From the NCBI RefSeq assembly GCF_000372725.1, contig NW_005202428.1, positions 1,473,331 through 1,537,330 on the forward strand: a stretch of DNA of 64,000 bases, read 5' to 3'. Of this stretch, positions 12,129 to 23,652 are shown one piece after another (positions within the stretch are counted from its first letter, which is position 1; every line of letters begins with the position of its first letter). The notes beneath the pieces were generated by a model. It had not been told where the DNA came from, did no database searches, and saw only the letters and a list, made by a program, of their open reading frames with translations. The position numbers and the translations under genes were made by a program. This DNA is from Emiliania huxleyi CCMP1516. Its lineage: Eukaryota.

Positions 12129-14330
12129 CTATCGCCCGTGCGGCGGCAAGGCGCCGCCGTCCGTGCCGGACCCCTGCGCGAACGACTCCTGGTCGCGCGT
12201 CTTTGCGCCCAGGTTGAAGTAGGGGATGGCGACGTTCCAGTCGCGGTCGGGCATCGCCAGGTTGCGCAGCTCGCGTGGCAGCCGCTTCCCCTTGGACGCC
12301 TCCCGGCCGGCCATGGCGGCGGCGGCGGCCGCCGCGTCTTCGACGCTCATGCCCGGCGCCGGCAGCTGCTGCCTCGCGGACGCCGACAAAGGCTTCGGCT
12401 CCGGCCCGACGGCCACCCACGCCTGTTCACGGCAGGAGGCGTGAAGAGAAGGCTACTCGCGGGCAGAGGGGCGGGGAGGAGAGGCGGCGAGGGAGGACAG
12501 GGTGGAGGGAGGGCTGGGTGGGAGGGGGGAGAGAGAAGGAGGAGGAGAGCAGCCAGGAGAGCGGCGCCTCCGAGGCGGGGGCAGGCGCAGGCCGCACGCC
12601 CAAGTCGCCAAAGTCCGGCTTCGGCGGCCGCTCCTCCCGTGCCCGCTTCCGCTCGCTCACGCGCTCGTACTGCGCGAGAATCTTCATCTGCGAGCGCTGC
12701 CAGCGCGCCACCTGACGCCGCGCCAAGGCCACGGCGCGTCAGCGGCGCGGAGGCAGCGGAGCGGAGGCGGCGACGCGGCCGAGCCGAGACGGGGGGAAAC
12801 GCCGCCGAGATCTCGGCTGCATCTCGGCTGCATCTCGGCTGCATCTCGGCTGCATCTCGGCTGCATCTCGGCTGCATCTCGGCTGCATCTCGGCTGCATC
12901 TCGGCTGCATCTCGGCTGCATCTCGGCTGCATCTCGGCTGCATCTCGGCTGCATCTCGGCTGCATCTCGGCTGCATCTCGGCTGCATCTCGGCTGCATCT
13001 CGGCTGCATCTCGGCTGCATCTCGGCTGCATCTCGGCTGCATCTCGGCTGCATCTCGGCTGCATCTCGGCTGCATCTCGGCTGCATCTCGGCTGTGCCCA
13101 CACCTCCGAGAGCGAGTGGACGCGAGTCATGCCGTCCGGCGCGCAGTAGACTCGCCCGCTCCCCTCCCCCTCGACCTCCCACCCGGGGGGGAGCGCCCCT
13201 CCGCTGCCGCCGCCGCCGCCGCCGCCAGCATCTCCGTCGACGCCGGCTCTGCTACCGCCTTCGCCTCCGCCTCCGCCACCACTACCGCCGCTGCTACCGC
13301 CGCTGCCGGCCGAGATGGCAGCACCAGCCCCGCCGCCATCGCCGCCAGTGCCGCCTCGCCACGCCGCCGCCCGACCACCATCGCCGCCGCCGCCGCCGCC
13401 CTGGCCGGCGGGAAGAGAGGCCGAGGGGGGAGCGGTCGTCGCCACACCGCTGGCCGCTACCCTGCCGGCGGCGGCGCTAGCCATGGCTTTCGCAGGCCGT
13501 GCGGCGGCGGTGGCGCCTCTCCCCGACGGCTGCGCCTGCGCCTGCGCCTGCGCCTGCGCCGCCGCCGGCCCGCCCGCCGCCGGTCTGCGCCGCGCGTCGA
13601 GTCGGGCGAGGACGTCGGCGACGGTCGCGTCGTCGCCGTAGGCCTCGTAGCCGGGCAGCAGCGCTCCGCCGCCCGCCGCGGGCGCGGGCGCGCGGATGCC
13701 GTCTCTCAGCAGCATGGACTGCAGCTCCCGCAGCGGCAAGTCCTCGATCTCGCCGTCGTCGTAACGCACCTGCTCGTGGGCGCGTGAAGCAGCAGTCTAT
13801 GGGAGGAGAGCGGGAGAGGACAGGCACGCGGGACGTGCCACCGAGCCCCGTATCTCGGCTAAAGCCTCGGCCAGATCTCGGCTGCACCGCACCCGGAACC
13901 CGACGAGCGGCTCAAACTCGAGGACCACGCCCTGGTGGGCGCCGGCGCTGCCTTGCTGGCGCAGCACGCGCGCGCCGAGCAGCGAGGAGGGAGGGACGCT
14001 GTACGGCACGGCCTCGGAGAGCTCTGTCAGCCGCCTCTTCACGGCCAGCGTGATTGGCACAGCCCGCTTGTCCGCCTCCTCAGGCTTCAGCGTGGCGAGG
14101 TCCTCGAGCCAACCCGACTCGGCCGTCTTGAGCGACGACCGCCGCTGCAGGCTGAGCACCAGCCGCGCCACCGTCGCCAGGTCGTCGCAGCCGGCGAGCT
14201 GCTGGTCCCACCGCGCGCCACACGGCTGCGCGAGGCGGCCCTCGATCTCGCGCAGCCACTCGGCGCAGGCGCGCACGACGGCGCGCTTGTACGCCACAGA
14301 GATGGCCGCGAGCGGGTGCTTCTTCAGCAT
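12129..14330 (-). CDS. Multi-exon chromatin-type protein with Tudor-like and MBD-like domains; 5' end uncertain
   Basis: Spliced LLGARVLRQ..GVVLEFEPLVGFR|VRYDDGEIEDL (Tudor-like) and LPPGWEVE..RVYCAPDGMTRVHSLSE|VARW (MBD-like). Introns about 13770-13892, 12712-13102 and 12424-12568. Confidence 0.65.
12808..13093. repeat. Intronic 11-nt tandem repeat (atctcggctgc)n, about 25 copies
   Basis: Directly visible array. Confidence 0.98.
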
Positions 14331-15873
14331 TATACTACGTCTGCGCCCTTGTGTGCGCTGGGCTGGTATACCACGTATATCGCGCCGGTAGTCACACTTG
14401 TCGATGCCGGCCTGCGCTCCACGGCTCGCCAGCAGCGGCTCAGGGCTGCGGCGCGAAAAGAAACGGTCCAAGAGCAACAGCTTATGCTCGTTCGTCCTCC
14501 TCCCAACCCGACCCGCGCGGTATCATCAGTGGCGGACGCGCTGAAGGGTCCGGAGCTGAAGGTGGTAGAGAGCGCCGCCCTGACTGGCCCCACGTTCTCT
14601 AGCATCTCGCCCTTGCGCTTCCTCTGCTGGCATGGGCGGTGGAAGGCGAGCCCGCGTCCTCCGAGGGGTGGCTCCTTCCACAGAGTTGGGAGCTTCTTTT
14701 CGAGAATAAAAGAGTTCATCAATTTAGCTCCGCATGGGCGGTGGAAGGCGAGAGAGTTAGAAGCCGACAAAATCTACTTCTTCTTGGAAGGCGAGTTTCT
14801 CCTCGCCTGTCGCGTGAATCGTGTCGTGCGACCGCCTTTTCTGGTAAAATTCTTCTTCTTTCGAGCCAAAATTCTTACGCGTTCTGCATAACAAACGACT
14901 ACGAAGTTCTCTCAAGTCCGCGCGCACGTCCACTGACTGCTCTGCGGTTTTCAATGTTCACGTGATCTCATGTGGCGAGGCGTTCTCTTTCGCCCCTCGC
15001 ACCGCCGCACGGCGGGCCAACCGCCAGACAACGAAGAGTGGACAATGGTCGATTCCAGCTCAGCAATGATGATGGGCACTTCGTGGGACTTCGCCCAAGA
15101 GTTCACCCTAGTGACGCGGACGGCGCGGTCCATGTCTTACGCGGAAGCTCTCTGCCTGGGCCCTTTCCACTCACCCCAGGCGCCGAAAGGACGGAAGGAG
15201 GAGAAGGGAGACGTCGGCGACCCCGCCAAGGAGTTGGCTGCGCCTGCCCCGCCGATGACTCCTCTAGAGAAATGCTACTCGGATACCTCATGCCTTTGAC
15301 TGCTGCAGCACGGTTGCCAACCCGCCGGTGCCGCGGCGCTGGTCCCGTGATGCTGATTTGAATGACGATTCTCCATCCTCACCCCGCGCTGTTAGCCCCT
15401 GGGCCTTGGCGCTTGGGGTTGGACGTGCGCCGGCTCTTCTGGCTTGTACTCTCCTCCCAATGCTTGTGCTCTGAGCGTACGAGGGGTGGTCTGTGTGACG
15501 AGCGCCGCTGGCCCCTGTCGAAGGCTCCAGGGCGGACGAATGTTGCATCGTGTGCGTGCGGTGCTTTAGGCTTGTGAGAGTTGCGTTCTCGTGGCTGCAC
15601 ACAGCAGTCCCAGTCGCGGCGAGGCAGCTCCGCGGGGCGCGCGGGTACGGGCTCGGGGTACGGGTAGCGGGAGGTGCTCTAGGAGAGGGTGACAGGCTCT
15701 GTACAAAGCGCGCGCGGCTATACAACGGAGGGGGAGAACACAACACCTGTGCGAAAGCGGATCACGCACACGACATCTTGCAGTCCCTCTCTCGGGCGCG
15801 CACGTAGACGTACAGCAGAGCAGTCTGTGCTACGTGTGCTGACCGTAGGGGACCTTTTTCTGGTACCAATTCA

Positions 15874-18800
15874 TCAAGAAGGAGGGCCCGCTGTCTCGTC
15901 CTCGCTATCGCTCGAGCCGCTCTCCTCCTCCTCCCCCTCCCCCTCGCTCGAGTCGTCGGAGCTCGATCCGTCGTCCGACAGCTCCCGCACCAGCGCGTCC
16001 TCGGGCGCGTTGCCTGCATGCAGGCAGGTCCAGCCGTCGAGCTTGGACAAGTCGACGCTCCACATGTCGTTCAGCGTGATCTCGGAGGACTCCTCGGGCT
16101 CGTACAGCCCGCCGTACACGTACATGGTGTTGCCCTTGAGCGCGACCCTGTGGTTCATCCGGGGGCACGGCGCCGGCGCAGAGGCGGCGCCACCCTCCTC
16201 GCTCTCGGCCAGCGGCGGCTCCGCTGCTCCGGCGGCGGTCCCGGCGGCAAGCGCGGCGGCGCCCGCCACGTCCTCGTCATCGCTATCGTTGCGGTTGCGG
16301 TTGCGCCGTCGCCCGCCGCCCAGCGCCAACAAGCTCGTCGCATCGCCCCCCTCCGCCGCCCTCGAGGCGACGCCGCCCTCGCCGCCGCCGCTGTCGGCTG
16401 CGGCGAGTGCGGCCGGTTTGCCCGGCTTGCTCTCCACTGCCAGGGCGCGCCAGCGGCCAGTCTCGATTGTGTACGAGTGGGCGTCCGCGTAGAACTCGGA
16501 GACGAGCCCGTCGCCGTCCGCAGTGTCCTCGTCATGCACGCCGCCTGCTCACACGCACAACGTGGATAGACGCCATTCACACCCTACGGCCCGCTGTCGT
16601 GCTTGGCCACCAAACACAACCAGCCGGCCGCGGTTCAGGACCATCGAGCAGCCTGTCCCCGGGAGGGGGGGGGGGGGCGGAGGGAAAGGATCCCTTGGGC
16701 CCGGCCGGGGCGGCGGCGAGGGCGCTCGTCGCTGCGCACCGGAGCGCGACGAGGGCGGCGCGCCAGACTTTTTCTGCTGCGTCCAGCTGCCGGGCCTCAC
16801 TCCGGAGGCAGAGTCCCCTGAGGGGGGAGGGGGGGGGGGGGAAACTTCTGGGGAGGGGACCCGGGGGGGGGGGGAAGGGGGGCCCCCCCCCCCAAAAGGG
16901 CCAGGGCCCCGGGGTCCCCGAAATCCACCTGGGGGAAAAAAACAANNNNNNNNNNNNNNNNNNNNNNNNNNNNNNNNNNNNNNNNNNNNNNNNNNNNNNN
17001 NNNNNNNNNNNNNNNNNNNNNNNNNNNNNNNNNNNNNNNNNNNNNAGTGGTGGCACACGCACCAAAGAGGTCGAGGCGCCAGGTGTCCCGGAACTCGACC
17101 TGTGGGAAAAGAACAAGGCGGTCAGGCCAAAGGAAAGAAAGTGTACGACGCGAGTGCCGGCACAATACCCCCGTCTCGGAGAGCTCCTCGACCGCCGCCT
17201 TGTCCTTGTGCGAGTCGAACTGCTGCATCGCAACCTTCTTCTTGTAGTAGCCGCCGTACAGAAAGACCGCCCCCGCCTGGAGTGCGACCAGACTGAAGTG
17301 GGGGAAGGCGGGTTCCGGCACCGCTCTCCGCGCGTCGCGTGAACTCAAGGACTAGGAGTGCGATGGATACGCTCGCGGCGCGGCTGCAACACAGGTACAG
17401 GTGAACACGCCGTCTCCGTGTGCTAGACGGATTACTTGGCGCGTGAGCTGCGCGTCTAGGAGCCGCCGCCGCCGGGTCTGCCGCCAGAGAGCAGCCAGAG
17501 CGAGGCTGTGGCACGGGGTCGCCCGGAGCAGTGACGAGCTTGTGCCTGTGAGGGGCGAGCCGACGGGCGAGGGGCGGGTGGGAGATGCAGGCCGATCTGT
17601 CCGCCAGTCTGTCTCTCACTCTATAGGCGGAGGAGGAGTGAGCGGGAGCCAAAACAGCGGGAGAAAGTGTTTAGCCGGCGTGCCGTAGGTGTGCTTCTCT
17701 GTCGGTGGTGTGGAGGAGGCGTGTGAGTTGGAGCTGCGTGTAAGTTGGGGCTGCGTCCGAGTTGGAGCTGTGTAGGAGCTCGGGTGTGACATTGGAGCGC
17801 GAGTCTCGGCTGGTGCGAGTCGGAGTCTCCGCTGTGCGAGAAGTGGCGGGGCGGCCTCACCACTGGTAGAGGGAGAGGTCGAAGACGTGCGCGTCGTTGT
17901 AGTACTTGACGTCGCGAAGGTTGTCGAAGAAGCCTGCAGCGAGGCCCCGAGAAGTGTCTAGGAAGTGTCTAGGAAGTGTCTAGGAAGTGTCTAGGACGCG
18001 TCTGGTTTGGAAGGCCTCCGAACACGAGCAGTGTCTAGGAAGTGTCTAGGAAGTGTCTAGGACGCGTCTGAATTGGAAGGCCTCCGAACACGAGCAGCGT
18101 CTAGGAAGTGTCTAGGAAGTGTCTAGGACGCGTCTGGTTTGGAAGGCCTCCGAACACGAGCAGCGTCTAGGAAGTGTCTAGGAAGTGTCTAGGACGCGTC
18201 TGGTTTGGAAGGCCTCCGAACACGAGCAGCGTCTAGGAAGTGTCTAGGAAGTGTCTAGGACGCGTCTGGTTTGGAAGGCCTCCGAACACGAGCAGCCGGT
18301 CGCGGCAGTGGACCATGCGGTGGCCCGAGCGGGCCGAGGGGCCGTTCTTCGCCTGCACCTGCTCCCAGACGTAGGTGGCGAGGTCGAGGCACCAGAGGTC
18401 GCGGTAGTGGTAGAACTGGCTCTGGTTCGCGCTCGAGAACTCGCCACCAAAGACAAAGAGCGAGCCGCCGCCCGTCGGCACGGCCGCCGCCTGGCCGCGG
18501 GGAGAGGCTGGGACGGTGAGTGGCGAGGCCACCGCAGCGGCGGACTCGTGTCGAGGTAGGGATGTTCTTCTCGCAGCCATGCCGGCGCCGGTCCTCCGCG
18601 GTGACGAGTGTGGTCGCGGAGAGGGCGCGGGATCCGGCGCCTGGTGGGACGAGCGCGGAGGCGGCGCTCGCTTGGAGGTGACGAGCCGCCAGTCGTTGCG
18701 CTTGATCGAGTAGCGGTAGAGCTCGTTGTAGAAGGTGTTCTTCTTGCCGTCAAAGTGCTCGCCCCCGAAGAGGAGCAGCTCGTTGCCGCTCGGGTGCAGC

Positions 18801-19119
18801 GTCAGAGAGCCGTTGGCCCGCGGCGACGGCGGCGGCACCGCCTGCTCGCCGACTTTCGCCTCGTCGGCCTGCATCGCCGCAAACTCCTTGAGAACCTGCA
18901 GTGTGCGCGGGTCAGGGTTGAGGCGGCGCGTGAGGCTCAACCGCCGAGATGAAGCAGGCTCCGTCTCGCCTTCTCGAGGTCCTCGTCGTCCTGGCGGTTG
19001 GCATCGCGCCGCTTCTGCTTCTGCTCGCCCTTGGCAGTCTTTTCCTCCGTCTTGAGCGCTCCCTTGCCTCTGCGCTCCGCGCGCTTCGCCTTGGCCGCCT
19101 TGCTGTCGCGCTTGCCCAT
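15874..19119 (-). CDS. KLHDC4: Kelch domain-containing protein 4 (KLHDC4/Kel3-like), multi-exon, spans an assembly gap
   Basis: Basic N-terminus MGKRDSKAAK..., PPSPRANGSLTLHPSGNELLLFGGEHFDG, PPPRSSHQA, FGGEFSSANQSQFYHYRDLW, GPSARSGHRM, FGGFFDNLRDVKYYND, MYVYGGLYE..EITLNDMWSVDL, acidic tail. Confidence 0.92.
17950..18295. repeat. Intronic compound tandem repeat: 66-nt units made of 11-nt (gtctaggaagt) repeats plus a copy of the exon 3' end
   Basis: gaaggcctccgaacacgagcag occurs five times at about 66-nt spacing. Confidence 0.95.
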
Positions 19120-19227
19120 GCCGCACCAAACGCGCTGCGGAGCGTGGGCCTGGAAAAGAATTTCTACCGAGTTCCGGGGCACTAACACACGAAAAAACAC
19201 ACGAAGATTCAAACAGCGCCTGAACGC

Positions 19228-19626
19228 ATGGCGTTCAGGCGGCACTTCTCTCGCGTCGGCTCCGCCGAGCGCTGCACAGAGACCATCTTCACTGACCACC
19301 AACGACAGGTGTGCGACTACGCGCTCGTCTACGTGGAGAAGAAGAACGACGGCGAAGCGCCGTACTCGGTCTCCTTCACCGCGACGCAGAGCGGCGACGT
19401 CATCGTACAGCTGCACCCGCACTCGCAGCTCGAGCGCGCCGTGCGCCACGAGCGGCAGGCGCAGGCCACGGAGCCGCCTGCGAGCGCGAGCCCTGCGGCG
19501 CCGCCCGCCCCTGCCGCCGAGCCGCCAGCCGCGGAGCCGGCGACGTCCTGGCGAGCTCATGTCCCCCCAAAAGGTCGCACCGGCCCGTGGCTCCGCCGTC
19601 GGCTCCGCCGCGAGCGGCGAGGGTGA
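19228..19626 (+). CDS. Hypothetical protein, head-to-head with KLHDC4
   Basis: 132-aa ATG ORF with coding-like codon usage, starting 108 bp from the KLHDC4 start. Confidence 0.5.
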   Translation: MAFRRHFSRVGSAERCTETIFTDHQRQVCDYALVYVEKKNDGEAPYSVSFTATQSGDVIVQLHPHSQLERAVRHERQAQATEPPASASPAAPPAPAAEPPAAEPATSWRAHVPPKGRTGPWLRRRLRRERRG

Positions 19627-19753
19627 GGCCGCCGGTGCTCGCCTATACCGGCTAAGTGTGGAGCTATCAGTGTGGTTGCGTGTTGTACTAGTGATGCTGC
19701 ACTAGGCGGCCCGTTTTTAGCAAAAAGCAGATACCACATCGAGCGTGTGGTCG

Positions 19754-20176
19754 GAGCAGGCGCACATCGCTTCCAGGGAGGGGGGCGCGCTTCTACTCAC
19801 ACCACATGCTGGGGGGGGGGGGGGGGCGACCCCCCCAGAGGCTTCACCACATGGTAGGGGGGGGGCGGGGGGGTGTCCCTCAATGAATTTTGGGGTACAT
19901 TCCCCGGGGCCCCTTTTTTTTTTGGGGCTGTTTTCTCGCCGTTTATTTTCAAGAGGAAAAATTTTTTTTTTTGGGGCTTCTTTGAGGGTGCCTTGGGAAT
20001 CGGTGTNNNNNNNNNNNNNNNNNNNNNNNNNNNNNNNNNNNNNNNNNNNNNNNNNNNNNNNNNNNNNNNNNNNNNNNNNNNNNNNNNNNNNNNNNNNNNN
20101 NNNNNNCCACCCCTCCCGGGGGGGGGGCCGTGAGTAGAAGCGCGCCCCCCTCCCTGGAAGCGATGTGCGCCTGCTC
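19754..20176. mobile_element. Second GAGCA-TIR element (47-bp TIR, 3-bp TSD TCG); contains an assembly gap
   Basis: gagcaggcgcacatcgcttccagggaggggggcgcgcttctactcac (19754-19800) and its reverse complement ending at 20176. tcg at 19751-19753 and 20177-20179. Confidence 0.8.
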
Positions 20177-20267
20177 TCGTCGAAAAATCGCATGTTCGCC
20201 CGTTTTGGACCCCTTCGTACGGCTCCAAAAACCGCTCCTTAACGACGACTACGCGGCCCGGCGGTCG

Positions 20268-20587
20268 ATCTGCGCCTTCTCAGCGGTGGAGGGGATATGA
20301 GCGGTACGTGCGGACCGCGTGGTGCTGCGACGGTTTGACGAGTGCGACTCCCAGCGTCGACTTTGCGACCCCACGGAGCCTCTGCTGCTCCGGGGGGGGG
20401 GGGTCTGCAGACCACCCGGCCGAACTTCAGAGTCGCGGTGCTCCTCAAATACCGCTCAAACGCCCACGATGTTGTGCAGGGGACATATGCTGATGATCCT
20501 GGCCCGATTGGTTCGCTCAGAAAGCTTCTGGGCGGTCGTTAAGGTTCGCTCCCCGCACACCGGCCCGGAGCCTGGGTACCCCCTAGA
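20268..20587 (+). repeat. Dispersed repeat segment, inverted relative to the copy at about 37843-38168
   Basis: Near-identical reverse-complement match; both translate as ...GGGGLQTTRPNFRVAVLLKYRSNAHDVV.GTYADDPGPIGSLRKLLGGR. Confidence 0.9.
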
Positions 20588-20718
20588 CAAGGGAGGAGGT
20601 CGGTGCGCCTTCTTTTTAATTTTTAGAGAATTCTTTTTGAGAGATTTTTGGAGCCTACAAGTTCAATCAGAGACCCGCGACCGGAGCTGAGGTGGCAGCC
20701 GAGGTAGGTACGCCCTTC

Positions 20719-22152
20719 TCACAGCCCCGGCGCCCACGCCTCGACCTTCTTGGGCAGTAGCTGGTTCGACAGGTCATCTCCGTGGCCTAGGCATCCATCA
20801 ACGCCCTCGCCCCAGGTAAGGACAGCGCTGTCGGCGGCGCGAGCGAGGCTGTGGCGGCTTCCAGCCGACACAGCAACGACGCGCTGGCCAGCCAAGGCCT
20901 CGACCTTCTTGGGCAGCAGCTGGCGCTGCTCGTCGCCGTGGCCCAGCTTGCCATCCCTCCCATCGCCCCAGCTCCAGAGAGAGCCGTCGGCGGTGATGGC
21001 GAGGTTTCGAGCCCCTCCAGCCGAGACAGCGACGACGCGCCGGCCAGCAAAGGCCTCGATCTTCTTGGGCAGCAGCTGGTCCTGCCGGTCGCCGTGGCCC
21101 AGCTGGCCAAAGCCTCCACCGCCCCAGCTCCAAACGGCGCCATCGGTGGTGATGGCGAGGTTGTGAGCCCCTCCAGCCGTCACAGCGACGATGCGCCGGC
21201 CAGCAAAGGCCTCGACCTTCTTCGGCAGCAGCTGGTCCTGCCGGTCGCCGTGGCCCAACCGGCCACAGTATCCCCAGCCCCAACTCCAGACGGCGCCATC
21301 GGCGGTGATGGCGAGGCTGTGCATGCCTCCAGCCGACACAGCGACGACGCACCGGCCAGCCAAGGCCTCGACCTTCTTCGGCAGCGGCCGGTCCTGCTGG
21401 TCGCCGTGGCCCAGCCTGCCAGAGTATCCCCAGCCCCAGCTCCAGACGCTGCCATCAACGGTGAGGGCGATGCTGTGCATGCCTCCAGCCGACACAGCAA
21501 CAACGCGCTGGCCAGCAAAGGCCTCGACCTTCGCCGGCAGCAGCTGGTTCTGCTCGTCGCCGTGGCCCAGCCGGCCCCCGCCTCCACTGCCCCAGCTCCA
21601 GACGGCACCGCCGGCGGTGAGGGCGACGCTGTGGCCATTTCCAGCTGACACGCTCACGGCGCGCTCGTCACCCAGCGTCGACGGGAGGCGGGTCGGCGTG
21701 TTGAGCTGCGTCACGCCCTCGCCGTGGCCAAGCAGCCCGGGGATTGGATTGTAGTCCGGCGAAGAGCCGCACGACGACAGCCGCCCCTCGCCGTCGATGA
21801 AAAGGCTGTGCGATATGCCTGCTGCCGCCCTCGCCGGCGGGTTGGACTCGCACAGCAGCGCCGAATAGCACAGCCACCGCACGGCGCAGGTCTCGTCCTC
21901 GGGCTGCGCCGGCAGCTCGAAGCCGCGCTCTTGCGCCCGCACGCGGATGCCCTGCTCTGCGAGCGAGTGAAAGAGCAGCGAGACGGCCGCGACGCGAGCG
22001 ATGTCGACGGGGCTGTCGCAGCGAGAGAGGGCGCGCTCGAGGAGCTCCGTAGGGAGGTCGAGGAGGCGGGCGGGCGGCGGCGTGCTTGGCGAGGGGTCGG
22101 CTGCTGAGGCGGTGGCGAGGCGGCGCGAGCGGCGGCGCGGCGGTTGAGACAT
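20719..22152 (-). CDS. RCC1/BLIP-II repeat beta-propeller protein with an N-terminal F-box-like motif; intronless
   Basis: LLDLPTELLERAL, then about 7 repeats of VSAGGxHSxAxTxDGxVWSWGxGxxGxLGHGD..LLPKKVEA. Confidence 0.93.
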   Translation of the reverse strand: MSQPPRRRSRRLATASAADPSPSTPPPARLLDLPTELLERALSRCDSPVDIARVAAVSLLFHSLAEQGIRVRAQERGFELPAQPEDETCAVRWLCYSALLCESNPPARAAAGISHSLFIDGEGRLSSCGSSPDYNPIPGLLGHGEGVTQLNTPTRLPSTLGDERAVSVSAGNGHSVALTAGGAVWSWGSGGGGRLGHGDEQNQLLPAKVEAFAGQRVVAVSAGGMHSIALTVDGSVWSWGWGYSGRLGHGDQQDRPLPKKVEALAGRCVVAVSAGGMHSLAITADGAVWSWGWGYCGRLGHGDRQDQLLPKKVEAFAGRRIVAVTAGGAHNLAITTDGAVWSWGGGGFGQLGHGDRQDQLLPKKIEAFAGRRVVAVSAGGARNLAITADGSLWSWGDGRDGKLGHGDEQRQLLPKKVEALAGQRVVAVSAGSRHSLARAADSAVLTWGEGVDGCLGHGDDLSNQLLPKKVEAWAPGL

Positions 22153-23062
22153 CGCGAGGAAAGAAAAACTTCTGGGTGGCCGTTCTGAGTTCATGCTACC
22201 ACGAAGCACACTGTGCTGCGTCGAAGCACCGGGCCCCCGAGTCCGCGACTAACTGACGGATCCGCTCCTGACAGTGGCATGCACCGCGCTGCGGCGCGTG
22301 CCACTGTCTTTGTTTGAAGTTAAAAGTCTCAGAGCGCCGTCGGCGCTGCCCTCCGTTTTCCTCCCCTGCCCCCCCGTCCGGCACCGCTCCGGGACGCACG
22401 CCGGCGAAGCACCGTCAAGCTGCTGTACGGCCCCGGCATCGCCTCCCCTGGCTTAGCTAGACTGAGAGATATTGTGCACATGGTTGGTCTCTACAATATA
22501 TATACACTGACACTGAACCTCCCAGAGCTCGTCCCGGTCCGTCACGGCCATCCTCGGCCTCCGGCGGGCCCCCGGCCGCGGCGCGGTGCGGCGGAGTCAC
22601 AAATCCGACCACAGAGCACCGGGACGCGGTCGGGCGATCTAAGGCCCAGTGAGGCGTACAGTGGGTTGGCGGTTGCGGGCATTAAGAAAACAGGATTTCG
22701 CGGCACGCCGCCGTTTCTAGGCCTTTCCACAGCCCTCATCCACCCCACGCCGTGGTTTCTTAGCTCCGGCCGGGGCACTCAAGCCAGAGAGCGCCGGCCC
22801 GAAAGATTTTTAGGTAAGAGGTAAGCTGCGGTCCGCCCGCGAGGGCGATGCCAGAGTCTGCCGCCGAGTCGGCTCTCTGTCTGGATGACGGGAAGACGCA
22901 CACACGCCTCCGTTCACTCCATCCACTCAGAACACCGCAGACTTGGAAAGTGACAAGTGCGCGCGCCGCAGGCGAAGAGAAATTTTGAGCTGGGCCTCCC
23001 GTCCACACTCGCGTCTGGCCTTTTCTCGGGGCCGCGCCTGCGGCCGGCGCCGTGGTATCTTA

Positions 23063-23280
23063 AAGAAAGAAAGAAAACGGACAACCCAAGGGAGGGATGG
23101 GAGGACGGCACGCCGCCACCACACAGGGATTTTAAGGAGAGGGGTGTGATGCGCTAGCCGTCGCCCACCCTTGGGCGTCCGCCTCTTCCTATCTCTCTTC
23201 GCAGTCTCTCGCCGATTCTCGCTGCGACCTTCATGCCACCTCGCGGTCGCCCCCTTCTCGTCGTTCTTTCCCTTGTCTCT
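23063..23280. repeat. (GAAA)n-tailed short repeat plus adjacent segment, shared with about 38448-38660
   Basis: aaagaaagaaaacggacaacccaagggagggatgggaggacggcacgccgccaccacacagggattttaagg also occurs at about 38450 and 39232, with a diverged copy at about 26390. Confidence 0.88.
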
Positions 23281-23511
23281 TCTTCTTGTGTGAGTGAGTG
23301 AGTATTCTTGATACGAAACCACGACGACACACACCAGTCGACTCGCATCGGTTGCCTCCATTAACGGCGGAGCTATTCTCGCGCCCACACCACACCTGGC
23401 TCCAACGTGGACACGCCCATAGCTGGGGACACTACTAGGTCATGCATGGAAAAGTTTTATCTCTGGACACACACACACACACACACACACTTCTTCTTCT
23501 GTCGCCGTGGT

Positions 23512-23592
23512 ATAAATAAATAAATAAATACAACGGACATCCCAAGCTAGGGCTGGGTCGAGGACAGACACGTCCCCACCTTTGCAGGATTT
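23512..23592. repeat. (AAAT)n-tailed short repeat, identical to 39301-39386
   Basis: ataaataaat...acaacggacatcccaagctagggctgggtcgaggacagacacgtccccacctttgcaggatttt in both places. Confidence 0.92.
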
Positions 23593-23652
23593 TGCAAAAG
23601 CGAGGGGGGAGGGCGCATCGCCTTAGAATTTTGCCCTGCTGCGCTTTCTTAA

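Noticed and set aside
11886..13787. 633-aa plus-strand ORF and other ORFs with ISAASRLHLGC / MQPRCSRDAAE repeats
   Set aside because: These are translations of an 11-nt intronic microsatellite or the antisense of a real gene.
14330..15300. Short ORFs and a repeated catgggcggtggaaggcgag motif
   Set aside because: No consistent frame or recognisable product; only a local duplication.
16660..16945. G/C homopolymer-rich stretch apparently disrupting KLHDC4
   Set aside because: Low-quality sequence next to an N gap, so not evidence of pseudogenisation.
17950..18295. Regularly spaced repeats resembling a CRISPR array
   Set aside because: The spacers are identical microsatellite, the array lies in a eukaryotic intron, and there are no cas genes.
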